Assembly: GCA_009927445.1 (NCBI GenBank)
Contig: RFMZ01000285.1
Location: 4,907 to 68,906 of the forward strand
Length of the DNA: 64,000 bases
Direction: 5' to 3'
From: Betaproteobacteria bacterium
Lineage (GTDB): Bacteria; Pseudomonadota; Gammaproteobacteria; Burkholderiales; Burkholderiaceae
Numbering within the stretch: the stretch's first letter is position 1; the number at the start of each line of letters is the position of its first letter. A program made the position numbers and the translations under genes. This document shows, in pieces, positions 10,683 to 18,469 of this stretch. The notes under the pieces were generated by a model. The model did no database searches. It was not told the DNA's origin and saw only the letters and a program-made list of their open reading frames with translations.

Positions 10683-11465
10683 ATGCGTGAAGCCAACATA
10701 TCCAATAACAGCATTTTACCGAGTTCAAAAATTTCGTTTCTCCTGATGGTGCTGGTCATTGTTTTGGGTTGCCTAGTTGCGTATTTAGGTTTTTACCTAT
10801 ACGAGGTGACGAAAAAAGTGCAATTATTAGAAGTGACAGCCTTAAAAAACGATCGACAAATCGGTAGTTTTAATCAGATTTTAGGGCGATCCATTGATCC
10901 AAATCAAGCCGATGTCATGATGCACTCACCCGTGGAGTTCAAGGCGAGTATAGAAGCCTTTCAGCAGTTAACTAGCTTATTATCAGAGGTGCATTTACTC
11001 AGTGCTAATCCATTAGAGCCGCAAGCGAAAAAATCACTCATACAACCTGTCGCAACCTCAAAGGAAGGGCAAGCCAAGGGTAGCGGAAATGCCGAGATGC
11101 GCTGGTGGGGGCAGATGCTCCAGCATGTTTGGGTACCTTTGAAAGATTTTTTTCAGCAGGTGGTGATGATTCAAGTAATGGACACGTCGATTGATCAACT
11201 AGCGATGACGGGTGATGAGCAACATATTTTAAGAAGTGAGTTGAAGATTCGTCTACTAGCTGCTCGGCAACTTTTATTAAATGGTTTGGTGCGCGATACC
11301 CAACGCGAATTAGTCGAAATTCGTCGGGTTGTAGTCAATCATTTTGCCGTCCAACAACCATCTGTAAAACAATTTATTAGTAGCCTTGACGAGATCAAGA
11401 ATAATTTAGACAAATTACCTGAGGCGCTGTCGCCTGATTTGAATTTACCAAAAGAGAAGAAATAA
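10683..11465 (+). CDS. hemX: HemX-like membrane-anchored protein (short, divergent)
   Basis: Single N-terminal TM helix; C-terminal segment (W...KDFFQQVVMIQ...LKIRLLAARQLLL) resembles the HemX C-terminus; lies between hemD and hemY. Start uncertain (see finding at 10608). Confidence 0.6.
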   Translation: MREANISNNSILPSSKISFLLMVLVIVLGCLVAYLGFYLYEVTKKVQLLEVTALKNDRQIGSFNQILGRSIDPNQADVMMHSPVEFKASIEAFQQLTSLLSEVHLLSANPLEPQAKKSLIQPVATSKEGQAKGSGNAEMRWWGQMLQHVWVPLKDFFQQVVMIQVMDTSIDQLAMTGDEQHILRSELKIRLLAARQLLLNGLVRDTQRELVEIRRVVVNHFAVQQPSVKQFISSLDEIKNNLDKLPEALSPDLNLPKEKK

Positions 11466-12676
11466 TGCGTTTAGTTATTTGGTTAATTTTGTTATCAGTT
11501 GGAGCGGTATTAGCTGCTTGGATTTTAGATAATAATCAGGGTCACATTACGATGTATTGGAATTTATATCGAATTGACTTGAGTATGAATTTATTTATTA
11601 TTTTGCTCTTTGTTGCCTTTTTGGGCTGTTTCATTCTTTTTAATTTTTTGAGTAGTATCTTTAACCTGCCAGTGCGGGCCGAACAATATCGTGCCCAACA
11701 GCGGGCAATGAGAGCGAGTCGTGAACTAGCAGTTGCTATAGACCATTTATTTGCTGGGCGTTTTTTAAAAGCTTTAAAGTCAGTGCATGTTGTTACGCAG
11801 TTTTCTGAAACTGCAGAATATGGTCGAATGATTGCAGCGCAGGCTTATCATCAGCTCAATCAAACGGCTCAGCGGGACGCTGAACTTGAAAAAATCACTG
11901 GCTTTGCGCACCAGCAGGCTAAGTTAGTGATGCTTGCACAGATGCAAGTAGAGGATCGAAACCCTGAAGCGGCTTTAGCCACGATTGCGCAATTACAAGG
12001 TGGTGGCGCTAGACAATTTATTGTGCAGCGCATTGCCTTATTAGCCCATCGCAGATTAGAAAACTGGCCTGAGGTTGTGCGCCTTGCTAACAGTTTAGTT
12101 AAAAGACAATTTTTACCAGCGCTAGTAGGTCAAGCGAGAATTCAGGAGGGGCTAACCCAGTGGATCAAAAGTAAAAATATTTCCAAGGATCGGCTCTTGC
12201 AAGAGTGGCAAGAATTTGGTGAGCAGGATCAAGTCGATCCCCATTGGGTTCGGTTATTTGCAGAGGGATTTATACGTGTAGGCGAGCATCAAAAAGCTAA
12301 ACAGATTCTGGAAAAAGTGATCCCGAACGAGCCCAGTTTTGCGCTAGTGATGCTGTACTTCAGGTGCGCTGATAAAAAAGCCCATTCAACCGTCTTAGCT
12401 TTAGCATTAATCCACCGCGTAGAGCAGTGGTTACTCCACGACCCTGCGCAGCCAGCGCTCCATTTAGCGCTGGGTTTACTGAGTGTGGAGCAACAGTTAT
12501 GGGGTAAAGCGATTGCGAGTTTGCAGCGTGTTCTAGACTCGCCCAGAGCAGATCAAAAAATGCTTCTACAAGCTCATCTATCCTTTGTACAAATATATGA
12601 AGAACTTGAGGATGATGAAAAAAGCGCAGAGCACCGAAAAAATGCACTACGCTTTTTTACTACAAAGGCTAGCTAG
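11465..12676 (+). CDS. hemY: HemY family membrane/TPR protein
   Basis: N-terminal NNQGHITMYWNLYRIDLSMNLF with two TM helices, TPR-like helical repeats, C-terminal QQLWGKA; operon context. Confidence 0.85.
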   Translation: MRLVIWLILLSVGAVLAAWILDNNQGHITMYWNLYRIDLSMNLFIILLFVAFLGCFILFNFLSSIFNLPVRAEQYRAQQRAMRASRELAVAIDHLFAGRFLKALKSVHVVTQFSETAEYGRMIAAQAYHQLNQTAQRDAELEKITGFAHQQAKLVMLAQMQVEDRNPEAALATIAQLQGGGARQFIVQRIALLAHRRLENWPEVVRLANSLVKRQFLPALVGQARIQEGLTQWIKSKNISKDRLLQEWQEFGEQDQVDPHWVRLFAEGFIRVGEHQKAKQILEKVIPNEPSFALVMLYFRCADKKAHSTVLALALIHRVEQWLLHDPAQPALHLALGLLSVEQQLWGKAIASLQRVLDSPRADQKMLLQAHLSFVQIYEELEDDEKSAEHRKNALRFFTTKAS

Positions 12677-12685
12677 GCTGTTTCA

Positions 12686-14224
12686 TTAACGGCCTTTAAA
12701 CGCTGGTTTTCCAAATGATTTACCACTTCTTTCCCGACTAGGGGCATGATTACTTCGCGAGCCTGCAAAGCGCTCTTCTGGCTTGGTGCCGGCATTGCCA
12801 GGCTTGGCAACAAAGTCACCAAATGGTTTTGCTGGAGTTTTCGTTGGAACATAGGTCTTGGGTTCGGTCTTTCGATCTTCGCTGCGCTGACCTTTGCCAT
12901 ATTTATTGCCTTTCGATTCGTCGCTGGGCGCCCTTTTTTCGCCACCACCAAAGCCGCTCCCAGCAAATGCTGAGCGGTTTGGCGTCCGGCCACGACCACC
13001 GCCACCGCCACCATTGCGGTTAGCGGAGCGCGGTCCTGAACGTGAGTGGCTTGAGGTCTCGGGTTTTTTTTGTGGCTCTAAGCCTGGAATCACAGAGGCT
13101 GCAAGAGTTTGCTGAATGAAGCGCTCGATTGCTCGAATTTTGATACGTTCACTATGCTGGGCAATCGTGATTGCTGTGCCGTTTCGACCTGCGCGACCGG
13201 TACGTCCGATGCGGTGGGTATAATCTTCTGGCTTCATTGGGAGGCCAAAATTAATGACATGGCTGATGGTTGGAACATCGATTCCGCGAGCAGCAACATC
13301 GGTTGCTACTAAGATTTTAGTTACACCTTTACGTAAAGAATCCAGTCGACGATTACGAACTGCCTGGGGCATTGCGCCGTGGAGCGCGCTAGCAGCATAA
13401 CCATCAGCTCGTAGGTTTTCAGCGATATCTTCGCTTTCAACTTGAGTACTTGCAAAAATAACAGCTTGATCTAGTGTTGGATCGGCCAACCAGTGACGCA
13501 GGATTTTATGTTTGTGCGCCACGCTATCTGCCCAGTGCATCGTTTGAGTAATACTCGCGTGGACATCACCGGCGTGCGCTAATTCAATACGCGTAGGATT
13601 ATTGACTAGTTCATGCGCTAACTCCATAATTCGCGGAGCGAAGGTTGCTGAAAACATGAGGGTTTGTTGCAAGGTTTCGCAACGCCGATGGATTGCCTCT
13701 AAATCATCAGCAAAGCCGAGGTCGAGCATACGATCTGCCTCATCGACGACTAAATGTTGCACCTTATCCAGTCGAATTGCTCGACTGTCATTCAGGTCAA
13801 GAAGTCGTCCAGGAGTTGCCACAACGAGTTGCGCGCCTTTTATTTGAGCGATTTGTTTACCATAAGGCATACCACCCATGATGGTAGCTACTCGGATACC
13901 TCGACAAAATTTCACTAAATCGATTGCATCCGCAGCAACTTGCTGAGCTAACTCGCGCGTTGGACAAAGAATTAAGACTACTGGTTCAGCTCGTCCCGGG
14001 ATAGGCTTACCAGTTGGATTACTGGCGATGATTTGATTGAGTAGAGGCAATAAGAACGCGGCAGTTTTTCCGCTACCGGTTTGACTACTAACCATTAGAT
14101 CGCCGCCAGAAATCGCAGTTGGAATGACTTGTTCTTGGACGGGGGTAGCAAAGGTAAAGCCTAAGGCCTCAACTGCTTGTAAAAGGGGTTCAGCTAAAAG
14201 AAGTTCTTTAAATGTAACGGACAT
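12686..14224 (-). CDS. DEAD-box ATP-dependent RNA helicase (RhlE-like) with basic Gly/Arg-rich tail
   Basis: Q motif (TPVQ), SQTGSGKT, PTRELA, TPGRL, DEAD, SAT and HRIGRTGRAG. Confidence 0.95.
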   Translation of the reverse strand: MSVTFKELLLAEPLLQAVEALGFTFATPVQEQVIPTAISGGDLMVSSQTGSGKTAAFLLPLLNQIIASNPTGKPIPGRAEPVVLILCPTRELAQQVAADAIDLVKFCRGIRVATIMGGMPYGKQIAQIKGAQLVVATPGRLLDLNDSRAIRLDKVQHLVVDEADRMLDLGFADDLEAIHRRCETLQQTLMFSATFAPRIMELAHELVNNPTRIELAHAGDVHASITQTMHWADSVAHKHKILRHWLADPTLDQAVIFASTQVESEDIAENLRADGYAASALHGAMPQAVRNRRLDSLRKGVTKILVATDVAARGIDVPTISHVINFGLPMKPEDYTHRIGRTGRAGRNGTAITIAQHSERIKIRAIERFIQQTLAASVIPGLEPQKKPETSSHSRSGPRSANRNGGGGGGRGRTPNRSAFAGSGFGGGEKRAPSDESKGNKYGKGQRSEDRKTEPKTYVPTKTPAKPFGDFVAKPGNAGTKPEERFAGSRSNHAPSRERSGKSFGKPAFKGR

Positions 14225-14234
14225 ATCTATTCAC

Positions 14235-14425
14235 ACCCCGTTTAGGGGGTCTCCAAAGTTGGCATCAGCATAATTTAGGCATGATGCACGTGGTCAAAAG
14301 GCATCGACCATCAACATTTGGAGTAGGCTCTAAAACAAATACATCTTTGTTTTAGGCGAACAAGACATGACTCTTGTTACGGCTACGTCTTGAAGACTTA
14401 CAGACAAATCTAAAGGTTTAAACCT
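14235..14425 (-). promoter_or_regulatory. Highly structured 5' leader of the DEAD-box helicase gene
   Basis: A run of hairpins plus a three-way junction, read directly (details in findings). Confidence 0.6.
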
Positions 14426-14490
14426 AAAAGAATTAATATGCGTCAGGGTGCTGGGGACGATGAAAATTACTACAATTCAAATTATGCACG

Positions 14491-14518
14491 AAAATATTAG
14501 GGTTGTCCCTAATATTTT
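14491..14518 (-). terminator. Intrinsic (bidirectional-type) terminator downstream of the aldehyde dehydrogenase
   Basis: Perfect 12-bp stem aaaatattaggg / ccctaatatttt with a 4-nt loop, 20 nt past the ALDH stop. Confidence 0.8.
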
Positions 14519-14537
14519 GATAAATATTTGAAATATG

Positions 14538-15839
14538 TTAAATTTTTGAAGTTTTGAGGATCTTCATGAGGCGTTGAATCCTTTTACCATAGGGCGGATG
14601 CGCTAATCGAGTCCCCCCTAAAGCCCGAATACCCAAAAAACCACGCATGCTGAGAACTGGCTTGAAGTGGCTGAATGTATCAAAACCATGTTTACCATGA
14701 TTCGAGCCCATGCCACTTGCCCCCAATCCTCCGAAGGGGAGGTTTGGATTACTGTAATGTAACAAGGTATCGTTACAAGTAACACCTCCGGATTGAGTTT
14801 TTTCGAGAACTTCAGCGCGCAGTTTAGCGTTATTTCCAAACCAGTACAGGGCCAGCGGGGTTGGTAAATGATTAATCCAGTCAATCGCTTCGGACATGGA
14901 GTCATAGCAGATGATTGGCAGAATCGGGCCAAAAATTTCTTGGGTTGTGACGCGTGCTTTGCTAGGGGGGTTTAACACTAAACTCGGCATAAAGGGATAA
15001 TCAATCGGGGTGGTGTCATATAAATGGACCACTTGCCCACCACTTTGAGATGCATCAGTTAATAGGTTTTGCCAACGATCAAGTTGCAGGGCGTCGATCG
15101 GGTGGGTGAGTCCACTGCCAGAGGGATACATGATTTGTAAAGACTTCTTCAGCGCTTCGATAAGAGACTTTTCTTGATTTCTTGGCACTAATAGATAGTC
15201 TGGCGCAATACACGTTTGTCCGGCATTGAAAAATTTTCCATAAATAATACGACGAGCGGTATCGTCAAGAGCGGCACTTTGGTCGATGATGGCTGGGGAC
15301 TTGCCACCCAATTCTAGGGTTACTGGTGTTAAATTAGCCGCTGCAGCCTGGGCAACTAATTGACCGACACGGGTACTACCAGTAAAAAACAAATGATCAA
15401 ATGGTAGATCTGCAAAGGCTTGAGCTACTTGCTGATTGCCAGTAATAATGGATATTTCGATGGGGTTGAAATACTGTGCAATGAGCTTGGCAAGATAGCC
15501 AGAAGTTCTTGGGGAGCGTTCAGACGGCTTAAGCCAGACTTGATTTCCAGCAGCAATAGCGGCAATCGCTGGGCTGAGTGCAAGACTCAGAGGATAGTTC
15601 CAAGGGCTCATAATCCCCACAATTCCTTTTGGTTCGGGTAATAACTCACTCCTACTAGGCCACAGGTGTATCGGTGTTTTAATGGGGACTGGTTTAGTCC
15701 ATATTTCTAAATTTTTTACAGCCAGATTTGCGGCTTGCCTAATCGTAGTCAATTCAGCTAATTGTGTTTCAATGATGTTACGGAAGCCAAAATCAGCTTG
15801 AATCACTTTGCAGATATTTTCTTCATTTTCATTTAGCAT
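14538..15839 (-). CDS. Aldehyde dehydrogenase, coniferyl-aldehyde/fatty-aldehyde (ALDH3-like) family
   Basis: SPWNYP, FFTGS, TLELGGKSP, NAGQTCIAPDY, EIFGP and PFGGLGASGMG motifs. Confidence 0.92.
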   Translation of the reverse strand: MLNENEENICKVIQADFGFRNIIETQLAELTTIRQAANLAVKNLEIWTKPVPIKTPIHLWPSRSELLPEPKGIVGIMSPWNYPLSLALSPAIAAIAAGNQVWLKPSERSPRTSGYLAKLIAQYFNPIEISIITGNQQVAQAFADLPFDHLFFTGSTRVGQLVAQAAAANLTPVTLELGGKSPAIIDQSAALDDTARRIIYGKFFNAGQTCIAPDYLLVPRNQEKSLIEALKKSLQIMYPSGSGLTHPIDALQLDRWQNLLTDASQSGGQVVHLYDTTPIDYPFMPSLVLNPPSKARVTTQEIFGPILPIICYDSMSEAIDWINHLPTPLALYWFGNNAKLRAEVLEKTQSGGVTCNDTLLHYSNPNLPFGGLGASGMGSNHGKHGFDTFSHFKPVLSMRGFLGIRALGGTRLAHPPYGKRIQRLMKILKTSKI

Positions 15840-15962
15840 AGTAACTATGCGTAAATACGATCTTTTCTGGCTGCCAAAGATGGTCGTGGTTCGTTCCAGT
15901 AAGCTTGCTTTAATTGTTCAAAGTCGAAAAATAATGTGTTCATAAATTACTAGGTAAATTCA

Positions 15963-16526
15963 ATGAGTCAATCGAATAATATGTTGGGATCTAAACAGTT
16001 AGCCACGCTTGGTGGTGGTTGCTTTTGGTGTTTAGACGCTGTTTATCAAGAATTGGTAGGCATTCATCGAGTGGTTTGCGGATACGCTGGTGGCCATGTT
16101 TTAAATCCTGATTATGAAAGTGTTTGTCGTGGCATCACTGGGCATGCCGAAGTAGTACAAATCTATTTTAATCCTGAGGAGATTTCTTTTCGACAAATCT
16201 TAGAGGTTTTTTTTGTGATTCATGATCCGACCACTTTAAATCGGCAGGGGCATGATATTGGATCACAGTATCGTTCGGTCATTTATTGCGAGGATGATGA
16301 TCAAATGAAGGAGTCGTCGCAGATTGTTCAAGAACTAGCTCTTCAAGGCGTATATCGAGAGCCCATTGTGACAGAAATAAAGATGGCTCCCATTTTTTAT
16401 GCGGCAGAGCATTATCATCAGAATTACTTTGCAGCCCACCCGCACCAAGGTTATTGCATTGGGGTAGTAGCTCCGAAGGTAGAAAAATTTAGAAAAACCT
16501 TTACGCAACTCCAAAAAAATAAATAA
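15963..16526 (+). CDS. msrA: Peptide-methionine (S)-S-oxide reductase
   Basis: GGGCFWC active site; TGHAEVVQ, QGHDIGSQYRS and AEHYHQNY. Confidence 0.96.
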   Translation: MSQSNNMLGSKQLATLGGGCFWCLDAVYQELVGIHRVVCGYAGGHVLNPDYESVCRGITGHAEVVQIYFNPEEISFRQILEVFFVIHDPTTLNRQGHDIGSQYRSVIYCEDDDQMKESSQIVQELALQGVYREPIVTEIKMAPIFYAAEHYHQNYFAAHPHQGYCIGVVAPKVEKFRKTFTQLQKNK

Positions 16527-16563
16527 GCCAACATGGCGCTAAGAGGTAATTGCAGGATTTTTC

Positions 16564-17199
16564 CTAGGGGGCCAGACGGCTCATGTGCCAACTGTTCTCA
16601 TGGAGAGAAAAGGCTATGCGGTCATGCAAGCGCGATGGCCGACCTTGCCAAAACTCTATTTTATTAGCTTTGACTTCGTAACCTCCCCAGTGGGGTGGTC
16701 GAGGCGGGTTGTTCCCATAAAGTTCTTTGAACTGATCTTCTTGAGTAACCAAAAAATCACGGTTCGGAATGACTTGACTTTGTGGCGAGGCCCAAGCGCC
16801 AATTCTGGATTCGATCGGTCTAGAGTGGAAGTAGGCATCACTCCGAGAGGAATCTAATTGGGAGGCGATACCCTCAATTCGAACTTGCCGCTCAAGTTCA
16901 TGCCAGAAAAATAAAAGTGCCACATTTGGATTGCTGGCAATCTCATGACCTTTTTGGCTGGTGTAGTTTGTATAAAATATAAAGGAGTCTTCCGTGATCC
17001 CTTTTAGAAGTACAATCCTAGCGCTAGGTAGGCCATTTGGTGAGATGGTGGCTAAGGTCATCGCGTGTGGTTCAGGGCATTTTGCTGCAGAGGCTTGCTC
17101 AAACCAGCTTTGAAATTGCAGTATAGGGTTTTGGGCAATATCTTCTTCAGATAAGCTGCCTTGCGAGTAGGTTTTTCTTAAATCAGCTAAATTAGTCAT
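16564..17199 (-). CDS. pdxH: Pyridoxamine 5'-phosphate oxidase
   Basis: LRKTY, ARIVLLKG, FYTNYTSQKG, RQVRIEG, EFWQGRPSRLHDR and RLAP. Start taken at MTNLADL (17199); an upstream ATG at 17220 is possible. Confidence 0.95.
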   Translation of the reverse strand: MTNLADLRKTYSQGSLSEEDIAQNPILQFQSWFEQASAAKCPEPHAMTLATISPNGLPSARIVLLKGITEDSFIFYTNYTSQKGHEIASNPNVALLFFWHELERQVRIEGIASQLDSSRSDAYFHSRPIESRIGAWASPQSQVIPNRDFLVTQEDQFKELYGNNPPRPPHWGGYEVKANKIEFWQGRPSRLHDRIAFSLHENSWHMSRLAP

Positions 17200-17218
17200 T
17201 GATAGAGTATAGCGAGTC

Positions 17219-18010
17219 ATGAATCATTCGAAAAGTGTTCTAGAGCAACCAATAGACTCTTTGGTCGGGGTCGACCCGAATCAACGTCGCTTAGGGGGAG
17301 TAGCTCGGCTATTTGGTGAAGACGGTTTTGCAGCCTTACAAACGGCCCATGTTTTAGTGGTTGGTTTGGGCGGGGTTGGCTCTTGGGCGGCCGAGGCACT
17401 GGTTAGAAGTGCAGTTGGTGAGATCACCCTGATGGATTATGACCATATTTCTATGAGTAACGTTAATCGTCAACTGCATGCCATTGAGGGTGATTTTGGT
17501 AAATCGAAAGTGGCAGCGATGGCAGATCGACTTTTAGCTATAAACCCTGATTTGAAGGTTCATCAGTTAGACCACTTTATCAAACCTGACAATGTTGGGC
17601 AGTATATTTTGCCGGGTATGGCTGTCCTTGATGCGACAGATGACTTATTGAGTAAGGTGGCGATGGCGGTTTGGTGCGTCAGACAAAATATCGCCTTTGT
17701 AATGAGTGGCGCTGCAGGTGGAAAGCTTGATCCCACTCAAATTAGTATCGATGACTTATCAAAGACTACGCATGATCCTATTCTGTCAAAAATTCGTGGG
17801 ATTTTAAGAAAATCATATGGCTTTGAGTCTGACCCTAAAAGGCGGATGCGGGTGCGAGTCGTTTATTCTGGAGAATCTAGGATGAGTCGCTCACAGGGCG
17901 GATTATCCTGCGCGGGTTATGGCTCGGCAGTGACTGTAACGGCTAGTTTTGGCTTTGTAGCGGCGGCAGAACTCATGAATCAAATTATGCGATCACATAA
18001 ATCGGTCTAA
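17219..18010 (+). CDS. tcdA: tRNA threonylcarbamoyladenosine dehydratase (ThiF/E1 family)
   Basis: VGLGGVGSWAAEAL, SNVNRQLHA, SGAAGGKLDPT and GYGSAVTVTASFG. Confidence 0.85.
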   Translation: MNHSKSVLEQPIDSLVGVDPNQRRLGGVARLFGEDGFAALQTAHVLVVGLGGVGSWAAEALVRSAVGEITLMDYDHISMSNVNRQLHAIEGDFGKSKVAAMADRLLAINPDLKVHQLDHFIKPDNVGQYILPGMAVLDATDDLLSKVAMAVWCVRQNIAFVMSGAAGGKLDPTQISIDDLSKTTHDPILSKIRGILRKSYGFESDPKRRMRVRVVYSGESRMSRSQGGLSCAGYGSAVTVTASFGFVAAAELMNQIMRSHKSV

Positions 18011-18460
18011 GATTTTTTTACTAAACTTATCGAGATTTTTTTTATTTCGAATTAAATATTGGATACCATTGGCATCGGTGATTAATAAATCCTCTTCACT
18101 GACCCGGCGAATATCTTGTTCAGATTTAAGCTTTAGGCGAGTTTTACCGCGATTGGTATGCACGTCCCAAATACTTGGTAGCGCAAAGGTATTGAGATGT
18201 ACTATTTTTTCAATTTCTGGGATGAACTCAAAAAAAGATAACTCAGTTTGGATTAACTCTTTGAGGCTATCTGGGAGTTGACTCAGATCGTTTAACCAGA
18301 CAAGCTCATGGCCATTGTGATCGACAATTGCAAACCCATGCGATGGATTGCTGATTGGAAAAGCCCGAATGATTCGGATATTTGGATGGACAATGCCCTG
18401 TGCATCGATCAAGCTAATTGCGCCAAATTGGTCTTTTGTGAGGTTGAAATTGATCATCAT
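17993..18460 (-). CDS. DUF1854-family protein (cyanophycin-locus associated)
   Basis: RAFPIS, F.PEIEKI and WDVHTNRGKTRLKL...DIRR pattern recalled for DUF1854; lies 9 nt downstream of the ABC exporter. Confidence 0.75.
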   Translation of the reverse strand: MMINFNLTKDQFGAISLIDAQGIVHPNIRIIRAFPISNPSHGFAIVDHNGHELVWLNDLSQLPDSLKELIQTELSFFEFIPEIEKIVHLNTFALPSIWDVHTNRGKTRLKLKSEQDIRRVSEEDLLITDANGIQYLIRNKKNLDKFSKKILDRFM

Positions 18461-18469
18461 GAGGTCTCA

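Noticed and set aside
12690-13070. Gly/Arg-rich low-complexity segment with an overlapping plus-strand ORF
   Set aside because: Typical disordered basic tail of DEAD-box helicases; the GC-rich codons explain the open antisense frames.
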